A stretch of 64,000 nucleotides of DNA from Candidatus Gottesmanbacteria bacterium RIFCSPLOWO2_01_FULL_39_12b. GTDB lineage: Bacteria; Patescibacteriota; Microgenomatia; 2-02-FULL-39-11. The notes under the pieces are model-generated. The model made no database searches, was not told the origin of the DNA, and worked only from the letters and a program-made list of their open reading frames with translations. The stretch spans positions 75,053-139,052 of the forward strand of contig MFJR01000007.1 of NCBI GenBank assembly GCA_001780955.1, read 5' to 3'. The translations under genes were made by a program, and so were the position numbers. Below, in pieces: positions 37,989 through 47,231 of this stretch (position 1 is the first letter of the stretch; the number at the start of each line of letters is the position of its first letter).

Positions 37989-39875
37989 ATGAAGCATTTG
38001 TTTAAAAATTCGAAAAAATATTTTTTCGTTACATTTTTCTTATTCATTTTAAGCCTGCTGTGGATTTTTTATACATATAATGACAAATTTCAGTATCAAG
38101 TCATCAAGAATGTCACATATAACAATATTGATAGTCAAAAGGAGTATTCCGAAGCGGTTAGTTCAAACTATAAAGACGTTGATATCAGTTTTTCACTTTT
38201 CGTTGATTCGAAGGATAATATCGTTGATATCTTCCAAACGGGATCTTTAGGCACAGGTTTGATCATGAGATTTTCTCAACCAGGATTATTACAAATAATC
38301 ATCGGTTATGACAATCTTCTGGGAAATAAAGTTTATTCGCTCACTGATTCGTTTGAATACAATAAAGCGCATGCTATAAAAGTCATAGTTACCAAAGAAA
38401 AACATCTTTGGGTTGCATACGATGACATACTTGTTATCAACACATATGACAAAAATATAAACTTTGATGTCTCTAAATTCCGATTAGGACAGTTTTTCCA
38501 TGATGAAAAGATAACCAAGAGTACTATAAGTAATTTAAAATACACGTACACTCTGTTTCGTACAGTTCCAGCATACTCAATTGTTAAAAAAATAATGACT
38601 TTGATATTTTTTGTCTTAAGCTTCCAATTATTGAAAAAAAATATCAGAATTTTTTCACGCGAGGAGAGAATCAAATATACGGCATTTATACTGGTTGTTG
38701 GATTCTTGATGGCAGTTTTTTATCTCATAGGCCAAAGTATATTAGGATATACCTATCCGAAAAATACATTCCTTTTTAACCCGGGTAATATGTTTAGTGA
38801 TTTCATCGGCCCGGTAAATAATCCGGATATAATCACCTATTCATTTTTCATGGCGAGTATAAAACTTTTCTTTTATCATTTTGGTACTGAGATTAGCTTA
38901 GTGCTATTTCTTGTAGGATCGATTGCATTTCTGACACTTATAAATATCAAGGAAATTGCCGGCAAAAAATTTAACACGACTTCAATATTCTATGCTGCCG
39001 TTTTTTCATTACTTAGCTATCCTGTCCTTTTTGCTATAAATAGGGGCAATTTTGAACTATGGGTTTTTGTTTTATTGTATTTATTCTCCTATTACTTAAA
39101 TCAGAAAAGATTTATCAGAAGTGCAATATTCCTTTCCCTCGCAATATCACTGAAAATATTTCCCGCAGTTTTTCTCATAGTTATGCTATCTTGTAAGAAG
39201 TTTAAGGCCGCTATATATGCTTGTTTATTCACATTATGTACTACATTGATATCCTTAGCTGTATTTGCAAGTAGATCATCCCATAATGTAAGCAAATTAA
39301 TTTCTCAATACGTCAATACCTATACTATTGGATACGTAAAGGAATATGTTGTGGATAATAGAGGACTGGACTTTGGGCACAGTCTTTATGGACTTCTTAA
39401 ATTGCGTATTTTTAGTTTCTACAAAACGACTAACATTACCGACGTTACTCTCAAGAAAATTACAACCCTTCTCAATTCGTATACCCGGATTCAAATATCG
39501 CTTCTTGTCATACTTTCGGCGTATATTCTTTTCATAGAAAAAGAATTATGGAAAAAAATTACTCTCATGGTAATTGCGATGAATTTACTGCCTTTTGTGT
39601 CTGCCGATTATAAACTAATCAATTTCTTTATCCCTTTATATCTATTTATTAACAAAAAAGAAAAAAGCAGAATTGATTTTCTTTATATCATTCTCTTTTC
39701 TTTACTTTTAGTACCGAAAAATTACTACACAGTACTCTTGAATTTACCGGATACCAGTTTATCGGTTTTATTGAATCCTTTAATAATGATTATTCTGGCA
39801 CTGTTTATCTTATTTGAGGGATTCAAAAATATGTATGTTAGGAAGCGAAGTTCGTATGTCTCCTCCGTGATATAA
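37989..39875 (+). CDS. Polytopic membrane protein with an N-terminal ~170 aa extracytoplasmic domain after TM1. Putative GT-C-like glycosyltransferase
   Basis: 628 aa. One N-terminal TM, then a beta-rich soluble segment, then about 10 TM segments (GNFELWVFVLLY, LAISLKIFPAVFLIV). Confidence 0.45.
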   Translation: MKHLFKNSKKYFFVTFFLFILSLLWIFYTYNDKFQYQVIKNVTYNNIDSQKEYSEAVSSNYKDVDISFSLFVDSKDNIVDIFQTGSLGTGLIMRFSQPGLLQIIIGYDNLLGNKVYSLTDSFEYNKAHAIKVIVTKEKHLWVAYDDILVINTYDKNINFDVSKFRLGQFFHDEKITKSTISNLKYTYTLFRTVPAYSIVKKIMTLIFFVLSFQLLKKNIRIFSREERIKYTAFILVVGFLMAVFYLIGQSILGYTYPKNTFLFNPGNMFSDFIGPVNNPDIITYSFFMASIKLFFYHFGTEISLVLFLVGSIAFLTLINIKEIAGKKFNTTSIFYAAVFSLLSYPVLFAINRGNFELWVFVLLYLFSYYLNQKRFIRSAIFLSLAISLKIFPAVFLIVMLSCKKFKAAIYACLFTLCTTLISLAVFASRSSHNVSKLISQYVNTYTIGYVKEYVVDNRGLDFGHSLYGLLKLRIFSFYKTTNITDVTLKKITTLLNSYTRIQISLLVILSAYILFIEKELWKKITLMVIAMNLLPFVSADYKLINFFIPLYLFINKKEKSRIDFLYIILFSLLLVPKNYYTVLLNLPDTSLSVLLNPLIMIILALFILFEGFKNMYVRKRSSYVSSVI

Positions 39876-39877
39876 TA

Positions 39878-41713
39878 ATGCAATTTACTATGCAGCAGAA
39901 ACTGTCTGATTTTGTCGTCCAGTTTATTGAAGAATTAGGAGTAAAGCATATTTTCCTTGTATCAGGTGGGGGGAATATTCATCTGATTGATTCAGTTGGA
40001 AAGAGTAAAAAATTTGACTACGTTTGTAATCATCACGAGCAAGCCTCAGCTACCTCAGCTGAAAGCTATGCTAGAGTTACAGGAAATATAGGTGTATGTT
40101 TGACTACAACCGGTCCGGGAGGAACGAATGCCATAACAGGTGTTCTTGGTGCCTGGCAAGACTCAATTCCTATTTTGGTTATTTCCGGTCAAGTAAAAAG
40201 AGAACTTCTTTCCTGGAAAGTTGATAAAAATCTGCGGCAGCTGGGAGACCAGGAAGTGAATATCGTTGAGATGGTGAAATCTATCACAAAATACAGCGTT
40301 ACGGTAATGGAGGCTTCGGATATTCGTTATCATTTGGAAAAAGCGGTTTACTTGGCAAGAAGTGGCAGACCCGGTCCGGTTTGGCTGGATATACCTCTTG
40401 ATATCCAGGGATCATTTATAGACCCAGCGAGTTTGCGAGGATTTGGTCCAAAAGAATTAACTCCTTCTTATCAGACGAACAAACAAAAAATTAAGGAATT
40501 AGTAAAAGTTGTAGTTCAAAGACTAGAAAAAGCAGAAAGACCCGTTCTTTATGCAGGTCATGGTATCCGGTTAAGCGGGGCGGAAAAGGAATTTTTGGAA
40601 TTTGTAAACAAGTTAAAAATTCCGGTGCTTTTAAGCTATGCAGGCTATGATTTACTTCCAAATGAGCATCCGTATTATTTTGGCAGAGCTCATGCTTTTG
40701 GACAACGAGCGGCAAATTTTATTATCCAAAATAGCGATTTATTAATCTCAGTTGGAGCCCGTTTTGATGTTCGAACCATAGGATTTACTTACAAAGCGTT
40801 TGCGAGGGCCGCGTATAAAGTAATGGTGGATATAGATAGGGGAGAACTTGAGAAACCCATTCTATCGCCTGACTTTCCCATTAACTGTGACGCAAAAGAG
40901 TTTATCTTGGAGATGATAAACCAACTTAAACAAAAACCGTTCAAAAAAAATATTTCAGACTGGCTAAATTATGGTAGAAGTTTAAACAAAAAATATCCAG
41001 TTGTTTTACCCCAATATTGGCAGGAAAGGAAGTATGTGAATCCTTACTGTTTCATAGAAACAATAGGCAAATATCTGAAACCGGATGAGATCATTGTATT
41101 ATCGGATGGTGTAGGACCTTTAAATTGTATGTATCAAGCTTTTGTAGTAAAAAAGGGGCAGAGAATAATTTTGAATAACGGGTGTGCTCAGATGGGGTAT
41201 GGTTTACCTGCGGCAGTAGGGGCGGCTTTTGCAGCCGGTAAAAAGAAGCGAATAGTTTGTTTTGAAGGTGATGGGAGTCTGCAGTTAAATATCCACGAAC
41301 TTCAAGTGATGAAACATCATAACCTTTCCATAAAACTTTTCATTTATAGCAATGATGGTTATCTCTCAATCCGCAATACGCAAAATAATCTTTTTGAGAA
41401 GAGACATGTTGCGGTTGATTCACACAGTGGTGTAAGTTCTCCTGATTTTGTGAAAGTAGCCAAAGCTTACGGTTTTCCTGCAGAACGCATATACAATCAT
41501 AAGGATATGGAAGAAAAAATCCAGAAAGTATTAAATTTTCCAGGACCCATAGTTTGTGATATAAATGCAGTGCGTGAGCTTATGCTCAGGCCTAAACTCA
41601 TGGCCAAAAAACTTCCAAACGGACAATTTGTATCGCCTCCTCTTGAAGATATGGGTCCGTTTCTGCCCCGAGACGAATTTAAACAAAATATGCTTATACC
41701 TATATGGGAATAA
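39878..41713 (+). CDS. Thiamine-diphosphate-dependent acetolactate-synthase-like enzyme (YerE-like candidate sugar C-branching enzyme rather than IlvB)
   Basis: 611 aa. N-terminal Pyr domain GGGNIHLIDSVGKS...CLTTTGPGGTNAITGVLGAWQDSIPILVISGQV. C-terminal PP domain GDGSLQLNIHELQ. No small-subunit gene nearby. Embedded in the sugar locus. Confidence 0.75.
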   Translation: MQFTMQQKLSDFVVQFIEELGVKHIFLVSGGGNIHLIDSVGKSKKFDYVCNHHEQASATSAESYARVTGNIGVCLTTTGPGGTNAITGVLGAWQDSIPILVISGQVKRELLSWKVDKNLRQLGDQEVNIVEMVKSITKYSVTVMEASDIRYHLEKAVYLARSGRPGPVWLDIPLDIQGSFIDPASLRGFGPKELTPSYQTNKQKIKELVKVVVQRLEKAERPVLYAGHGIRLSGAEKEFLEFVNKLKIPVLLSYAGYDLLPNEHPYYFGRAHAFGQRAANFIIQNSDLLISVGARFDVRTIGFTYKAFARAAYKVMVDIDRGELEKPILSPDFPINCDAKEFILEMINQLKQKPFKKNISDWLNYGRSLNKKYPVVLPQYWQERKYVNPYCFIETIGKYLKPDEIIVLSDGVGPLNCMYQAFVVKKGQRIILNNGCAQMGYGLPAAVGAAFAAGKKKRIVCFEGDGSLQLNIHELQVMKHHNLSIKLFIYSNDGYLSIRNTQNNLFEKRHVAVDSHSGVSSPDFVKVAKAYGFPAERIYNHKDMEEKIQKVLNFPGPIVCDINAVRELMLRPKLMAKKLPNGQFVSPPLEDMGPFLPRDEFKQNMLIPIWE

Positions 41714-42630
41714 TTAAAAGGAAAAACATTTTTATTACCGGCGGGTCAGGATTTATTGGCAGAAATTTACAGGAATATTTACATTCAAAATACACAATTT
41801 TTGCTCCATCTCATGTTGAACTTGATCTTCTGGATACAAAAAAAGTTGAACGCTTCATCCAGAATAACAATATTCAGATTATCATCCATGGGGCAAATAT
41901 TGGTGGAGGAAGGGATACGATAGATCAAAGAGATGTAGTTCAAACAAATTTGACGATTTTTTTTAATATCGTACGAAATCTTGATAGCCTTGAAAAAGTA
42001 ATTCATCTAGGGTCTGGAGCTGAATACGACAAGAGCAGGCCACTTATAGATGTGAAAGAAGGGGATTTTGATAAACAGATACCTCAGGATGATTATGGAT
42101 TTTATAAATATGTTTGTTCAAAGTATATCGACAAAACGGATAAAATCATATCTCTGAGGTTGTTTGCAGTATACGGTAAATATGAAAATTATCTCTTTAA
42201 GTTCATCTCAAATGCAATTCTCAAGAATTTATTTCACTTACCAATTATTATTAGCCAAAACGTATATTTTGACTATTTGTATATTGAAGATCTTATAAAA
42301 ATTATTGATTATTTCATAAACCATACTGCAAAACATAATGCATATAATATTTCAAGCGGAAAAAGAATTGATCTTCTTACGATTTCAGAAACTATTAATA
42401 ATATAAGCAATTTCAAATCAAAAATTATTCTTCTCAATAAAGGGTTAAATCACGAATATAGTGCAGATAATCATAGATTAACTAAAGAAATAACTGGTTT
42501 AAGTTTTACTTCTATAGAAGAGGGAATTAGAAAACTGTATGATTGGTATAAAAGTAATTTATTCAAAATAAATAGAAATGAAATAAAACAAGATCGTTAT
42601 ATTAAGTATATAAATGTGAAAAGGGATTAA
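41704..42630 (+). CDS. NAD(P)-dependent extended-SDR sugar epimerase/reductase (YerF / RfbJ / RfbS-like candidate)
   Basis: IFITGGSGFIGRNLQEYL glycine-rich N-terminus and a YxxxK region (YKYVCSKY). 308 aa. Overlaps the ThDP enzyme by 10 bp. Confidence 0.65.
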   Translation: MGIIKRKNIFITGGSGFIGRNLQEYLHSKYTIFAPSHVELDLLDTKKVERFIQNNNIQIIIHGANIGGGRDTIDQRDVVQTNLTIFFNIVRNLDSLEKVIHLGSGAEYDKSRPLIDVKEGDFDKQIPQDDYGFYKYVCSKYIDKTDKIISLRLFAVYGKYENYLFKFISNAILKNLFHLPIIISQNVYFDYLYIEDLIKIIDYFINHTAKHNAYNISSGKRIDLLTISETINNISNFKSKIILLNKGLNHEYSADNHRLTKEITGLSFTSIEEGIRKLYDWYKSNLFKINRNEIKQDRYIKYINVKRD

Positions 42631-42637
42631 AATCTAT

Positions 42638-43609
42638 ATGGTTAATAAAAGTTTGTCGGTGGTCGTACCTTGCTTTAATGAGGCAAAGAATATCCTCGAG
42701 ATGTACCGAAGGTTAAAAGAGGTATTAAGGAAAAATATTTCGGGTTACGAAATAATTTTTGTAGATAACGGAAGCACCGATCAATCTAGTAAAATATTTC
42801 AATCTATTGTAAAAAAGGATCCACATGTGGGAGTTTTAGTATATTCGCGTAATTTTGGTGCTCATGGAGCTTACACAGGAGGATTGGATTACGTAAAAGG
42901 AGAAGCTGTTGTTTTTATAGACGGTGATCAGCAAGATCCACCTGAGCTTATTGAAGAAATGATTATCAAGTGGCAGGAGGGTTATGATATTGTATATGGA
43001 ATAAGAAAAAGAAGAAAAGGAAATGTTTTAAGAAAATTATTTACAATATTCTTTTATAGAATTCTTAATAAACTCTCTTATGTAAAAATACCTCTGGACG
43101 CGGGTGATTTCTCATTAATGGATCGAAAAGTAGTTGAACTTATTAAAAATATGCCCGAACATAATAAATACTTTACAGGACTTAGAGCGTGGGTTGGGTT
43201 CAGACAAATAGGCATTGAGTATAGTAGAGCAAAAAGAAATGCAGGGGTAACGAAATTCAGTTTTATTGACTATATTAAGTGGGCTCTGCATAGCATTTCA
43301 TCTTTTTCATATAAGCCTCTTGAACTAATTTCTTATCTTGCTACTTTGGTGTTTCTTGTATCCTTTTTTGGAATTTTTGTCTATATTTTAGATTTTTTCT
43401 TTTATCCTAATAATCCTCGGGGTTTCATCACGCTTATTTTGGTTACCTTATTTCTTGGTGGTGTACAGCTATTGTGTCTTAGTATTATTGGGCAATATTT
43501 GGCAAATATATTCGAAGAAGTTAAAAATAGACCTAAGTATATTGTTAAAGAATCTTTTGGAAAGACGCTTCTTTTCAAAAAGAGCGTTCATGGTCAGGAA
43601 TATTCTTAG
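42638..43609 (+). CDS. Polyprenol-phosphate glycosyltransferase, GT2 with C-terminal TM helices (GtrB/ArnC-like), copy 2
   Basis: LSVVVPCFNEAKNI...IIFVDNGSTDQS...SRNFGAHGAYTGGL...DGDQQDP and a C-terminal two-helix anchor. Confidence 0.8.
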   Translation: MVNKSLSVVVPCFNEAKNILEMYRRLKEVLRKNISGYEIIFVDNGSTDQSSKIFQSIVKKDPHVGVLVYSRNFGAHGAYTGGLDYVKGEAVVFIDGDQQDPPELIEEMIIKWQEGYDIVYGIRKRRKGNVLRKLFTIFFYRILNKLSYVKIPLDAGDFSLMDRKVVELIKNMPEHNKYFTGLRAWVGFRQIGIEYSRAKRNAGVTKFSFIDYIKWALHSISSFSYKPLELISYLATLVFLVSFFGIFVYILDFFFYPNNPRGFITLILVTLFLGGVQLLCLSIIGQYLANIFEEVKNRPKYIVKESFGKTLLFKKSVHGQEYS

Positions 43610-43664
43610 TTTCAATTTTCACTAATTATTGTAGTAATGAATCCAAGATGATATTCTAAGTAAA

Positions 43665-44654
43665 ATGGATAAAAAATTTTGGAAAAAAAGAAATGTTTTT
43701 ATAACTGGAAGCACTGGTTTACTGGGTTTCTGGATAGCAAAATATTTATCGGATTATAAGGCAAACATAATTGCTTTAATTCACAACGATATTCCTCAAC
43801 CATTTATTAAAACCTTTTCTCGCATTACTGTGGTGAAAGGTGAGGTGACAGATTATAAAAAAATTCTTTCTTTACTAAACAAACATAATATAGAAATTGT
43901 TTTTCCGCTTGCAGCACAGACCATTTCTCCAGTTGCTAATACAAATCCAATTCATACTTTTGAAACTAATATAAAAGGAGCATGGATTACTTTAGAAGCT
44001 TGCAGAAACTCAAAGACAGTCAAAAGAATTATTTTTCCTTCAACCGATAAGGTATACGGTGAAGAAGAACGTCTTCCTTATACTGAAAATTCCAGGTTAA
44101 CTGCAAAGAGGCCATATACAGTTTCCAAAAGCTGTGCTGATCTTATAGCACAGGCTTATCATGCAAGTTATAATTTGCCTATTTGCATAACACGGTTTGG
44201 CAATTTTTTTGGAGGAGGAGACTTACGTTTTGACAGGCTTGTTCCATCCGTTATTTATTCAGCATTATATAATAAACCACTTGTCGTACGAAGCGATGGG
44301 AAATATATGAGAGATTTTATATATGTAGAAGATGCAGCAAGAGCTTGTATTGAATTAACAGAAGTAATGGATAGCCTAAAAATCCTTGGAAACGCCTTCA
44401 ATTTTAGTTACGAAAAACCGTTTGAGGTTTTAGAGCTCGTTGAACTGATTCTAAAAAAAATGGAATCTCCTGTTAAACCGAGAGTATTGGGACTTACATT
44501 AAATGAGGTAAGAGATCAATATCTATCTTCCAAAAAATCAAGAACACTGCTTGGCTGGAAACCTTCTTTTACTGTTGAACAAGGAATAGAACGGACAATT
44601 AAATGGTATAGAGATTATTTTAAACATATACGCCAGGATAACGACTCAATATGA
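43665..44654 (+). CDS. CDP-glucose 4,6-dehydratase-like (RfbG/DdhB family) NDP-sugar dehydratase
   Basis: N-terminal FWKKRNVFITGSTGLLGFWIAKYL (RfbG FW.GKRVFVTGHTGFKGSWL), PLAAQTISPVANTNPIHTFETNIKG, STDKVYGE, YTVSKSCADL (RfbG SKGCAEL). Confidence 0.65.
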   Translation: MDKKFWKKRNVFITGSTGLLGFWIAKYLSDYKANIIALIHNDIPQPFIKTFSRITVVKGEVTDYKKILSLLNKHNIEIVFPLAAQTISPVANTNPIHTFETNIKGAWITLEACRNSKTVKRIIFPSTDKVYGEEERLPYTENSRLTAKRPYTVSKSCADLIAQAYHASYNLPICITRFGNFFGGGDLRFDRLVPSVIYSALYNKPLVVRSDGKYMRDFIYVEDAARACIELTEVMDSLKILGNAFNFSYEKPFEVLELVELILKKMESPVKPRVLGLTLNEVRDQYLSSKKSRTLLGWKPSFTVEQGIERTIKWYRDYFKHIRQDNDSI

Positions 44655-45319
44655 ATAAGAAAACAGTACTTATAACCGGAACTTCACGTGGAATAGGATT
44701 TGCAATTAGAAAAATTCTTGAAAAGGAAAAATACGTTATTGTTGCTCCTAATCGACAGGAATTAAATTTAGCAGATAAGCATTCTGTTGAATACTTTATT
44801 CATAAAAATAGAAATTTAAATATTGATATCCTGATCAATAACGCAGGTATTAACAATCCTGAGTGGATCCAAAATCTGGACGATAAAAATATTGAAGAAT
44901 CTATGGAGGTAAATTTAATTTCCCCTATCAAGTTGATAAAAGCATTTGTTGGGCATATGATACAAAATAAATGGGGACGGATTGTAAATATAAGTTCTAT
45001 ATTTGGTGTTGTTGCCCGGGGAAAACAAGTCATGTATGCCGCTACAAAACATGGCCTGAATGGAGTTACAAAAGCTCTTGCGTTGGAACTAGGACCGTAT
45101 AATATTCTTGTGAATTCGGTCTGTCCCGGTTTTACCAATACTGATTTGGTGAAGAGAAACTCAAAAGAAAAAAATGCAGAAATAGCTTGCGATATTCCTC
45201 TTGGTCGTTTTGCAGAGCCAGAAGAAATTGCAGAATGTGTTCTTTTCCTTATTTCAGAAAAAAATACTTACATGAACGGAGCCAATATCATGATTGACGG
45301 CGGTTTTACCTGCAGATAG
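44651..45319 (+). CDS. Classical short-chain dehydrogenase/reductase (FabG-like)
   Basis: VLITGTSRGIGFAI, NNAGI, catalytic YAATKHGLNG. Confidence 0.8.
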   Translation: MNKKTVLITGTSRGIGFAIRKILEKEKYVIVAPNRQELNLADKHSVEYFIHKNRNLNIDILINNAGINNPEWIQNLDDKNIEESMEVNLISPIKLIKAFVGHMIQNKWGRIVNISSIFGVVARGKQVMYAATKHGLNGVTKALALELGPYNILVNSVCPGFTNTDLVKRNSKEKNAEIACDIPLGRFAEPEEIAECVLFLISEKNTYMNGANIMIDGGFTCR

Positions 45320-45321
45320 TC

Positions 45322-46419
45322 TTGTCTATGGATGAATTAGTCATCAAATCAAAAATAAAGGATTTTAAAGTTAAATTCGTTGATAATACAAATTTCCTTA
45401 AGGAAATGTTTACTATTCCTCATTATGTCGTTTTCGTAGGATCAATAGTCCACGAGTTTTACAAAGAAAAAATATTCGATCGGTTTCCCAACGAAAAAAT
45501 GATCGTTATGAAGCTTGATGAGGAAAAAAAGACAATCGATACTGCCATTAAACTTTATAAAAAGCTGATGACTAAACAAGGAAAGAAAAACCTGACCATG
45601 ATCTCTTTCGGCGGCGGCATAAATCAGGATATTGCTGGATTTGTTGCTTCCACTCTTTATCGGGGTATAAATTGGATTTATGTACCTACTACGCTTCTTG
45701 CTATGGCAGACAGTTCGATAGGATTGAAAACCTCCCTCAACTTTGGCTCAATTAAAAACATGATCGGTTCGTTTTATCCCCCGACTGAAGTTTATATCGA
45801 TATAAATTTCCTAAAAACGCTAAAAAGGCAAGATTATGCCAGTGGAGTCGGAGAGATAATGAAGCTTCTTCTGATGAAAGAAGATTCATCTAAGAACTTG
45901 GCTAAAATAGTGGAAAAAGTAGAAATATTAGACTGCCAAGAAGATAAAAAAAGGATGATAGAGATCATCAAAGAAGCCATGCAGATAAAATTAAGCTATA
46001 TGGAAGGTGATGAATTTGATAAAGGGAGAAGAAATTTGCTCAATTACGGGCATGAATTCGGGCATGCGCTTGAGCCAGCCTCCGATTATCAGGTCCCACA
46101 TGGGATTGCTATAGTAATTGGTATGATTTTTGCAAACTATATTTCAGTAAAAAGAAAATGGATGAGGAGTAAACTATTTGACTACCTGAATGAGAATATA
46201 TTTATTCCGTATATGAGAAGGAGTATGATAAAATTGAAAAAAGATTTTTTTAAACCGAGTACGCTTTTAGCGAATATGAAAAAGGATAAAAAAAGAGAGT
46301 CAAGCGATCTTGTACTCATTTTGCCCAAAGAAAATTTGAATTTGTGTAAAGTCCAAGATTTAACGATACAAGAATTTGAAACAGGGCTTAGAGAAGTGCA
46401 AAAAATATTAATATTTTAA
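45322..46419 (+). CDS. 3-dehydroquinate-synthase-like sugar-phosphate cyclase family protein
   Basis: GGGINQDIAGFVASTLYRGINWIYVPTTLLAMADSSIGLKTSLNF...KNMIGSFYPPTEVYID...NYGHEFGHALE...VPHGIAIVIGM: collinear DHQS motifs. Confidence 0.7.
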   Translation: MSMDELVIKSKIKDFKVKFVDNTNFLKEMFTIPHYVVFVGSIVHEFYKEKIFDRFPNEKMIVMKLDEEKKTIDTAIKLYKKLMTKQGKKNLTMISFGGGINQDIAGFVASTLYRGINWIYVPTTLLAMADSSIGLKTSLNFGSIKNMIGSFYPPTEVYIDINFLKTLKRQDYASGVGEIMKLLLMKEDSSKNLAKIVEKVEILDCQEDKKRMIEIIKEAMQIKLSYMEGDEFDKGRRNLLNYGHEFGHALEPASDYQVPHGIAIVIGMIFANYISVKRKWMRSKLFDYLNENIFIPYMRRSMIKLKKDFFKPSTLLANMKKDKKRESSDLVLILPKENLNLCKVQDLTIQEFETGLREVQKILIF

Positions 46420-46436
46420 TAGCAAAAGGAGAAATT

Positions 46437-47231
46437 ATGAACGATTTAGAGAATAAAATGGTTGAATCGTTGATTAACTTAAGAGATAAACATGGGGTAA
46501 TAGAGGTTAAGGCAGAGTTTGAAGCAGAAGCTTCCCGCATGAATGAACTCATGCGGTTAAAAGAGGTAGCGGATAAAGCAGGCTTAGGTTTAGTATTAAA
46601 AGTAGGAGGAGCTGAAGCGATTACCGATATGTTTGAAGCACAGCATATCGGAGTGACGGGACTTATTGCTCCCATGATTGAAAGTGCTTATGCCATGAAA
46701 AAATATCTTGAAGCAATAGGGAAATATTTTCCGCAGGATCTTAGGAAGACTATTCATTTTGGAGTTAATATAGAGACGTATCAGGCGTATAAAAATCTTG
46801 AAGAAATGCTTAATTTGCAAAAGATACACTTTATTGACACAATAACCTTGGGAAGAGTAGACATGTGTGGCTCTCTCAATATCTCAAGAATGGATATTAA
46901 CTGCGACCAAATTTTTGATATTGCTCTTGATATATTTACCAAAGCAAAGAAAAAAGGCATGCGGACAACTATGGGAGGAGGAATAGCCAAAGAAGCAATT
47001 CCGTTTATAAAGAAATTAGCTTCAAAAAAACTTTTGGATAGATACGAAACAAGGAAAATTGTGTTTCCTGTTGCAAAAAGTTTAACAAATATCAAAGAAG
47101 GGATCATTGCCGCAAATTCTTTTGAACTTCTTTGGCTGGAAAATAAAAAAAATTACTATTCCCTTATTTCTACCGAGGATGATTTAAGAATAGTAATGTT
47201 GAATAGCAGAATACCCCAAAAACAGGCATGA
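46437..47231 (+). CDS. HpcH/HpaI-aldolase / CitE-like TIM-barrel protein (tentative)
   Basis: GVTGLIAPMIESAYAMKK and DTITLGRVDMCGSLNI resemble the PMVE...and GxxDL motifs of HpcH/CitE aldolases. Weak. Confidence 0.4.
   Translation: MNDLENKMVESLINLRDKHGVIEVKAEFEAEASRMNELMRLKEVADKAGLGLVLKVGGAEAITDMFEAQHIGVTGLIAPMIESAYAMKKYLEAIGKYFPQDLRKTIHFGVNIETYQAYKNLEEMLNLQKIHFIDTITLGRVDMCGSLNISRMDINCDQIFDIALDIFTKAKKKGMRTTMGGGIAKEAIPFIKKLASKKLLDRYETRKIVFPVAKSLTNIKEGIIAANSFELLWLENKKNYYSLISTEDDLRIVMLNSRIPQKQA

Noticed and set aside
39878-41713. Annotating the ThDP enzyme as biosynthetic acetolactate synthase IlvB
   Set aside because: There is no regulatory small subunit, ketol-acid reductoisomerase or dihydroxy-acid dehydratase nearby. 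The gene is translationally coupled to an SDR within a sugar-nucleotide locus. A sugar-branching (YerE-like) role is more parsimonious, though unproven.
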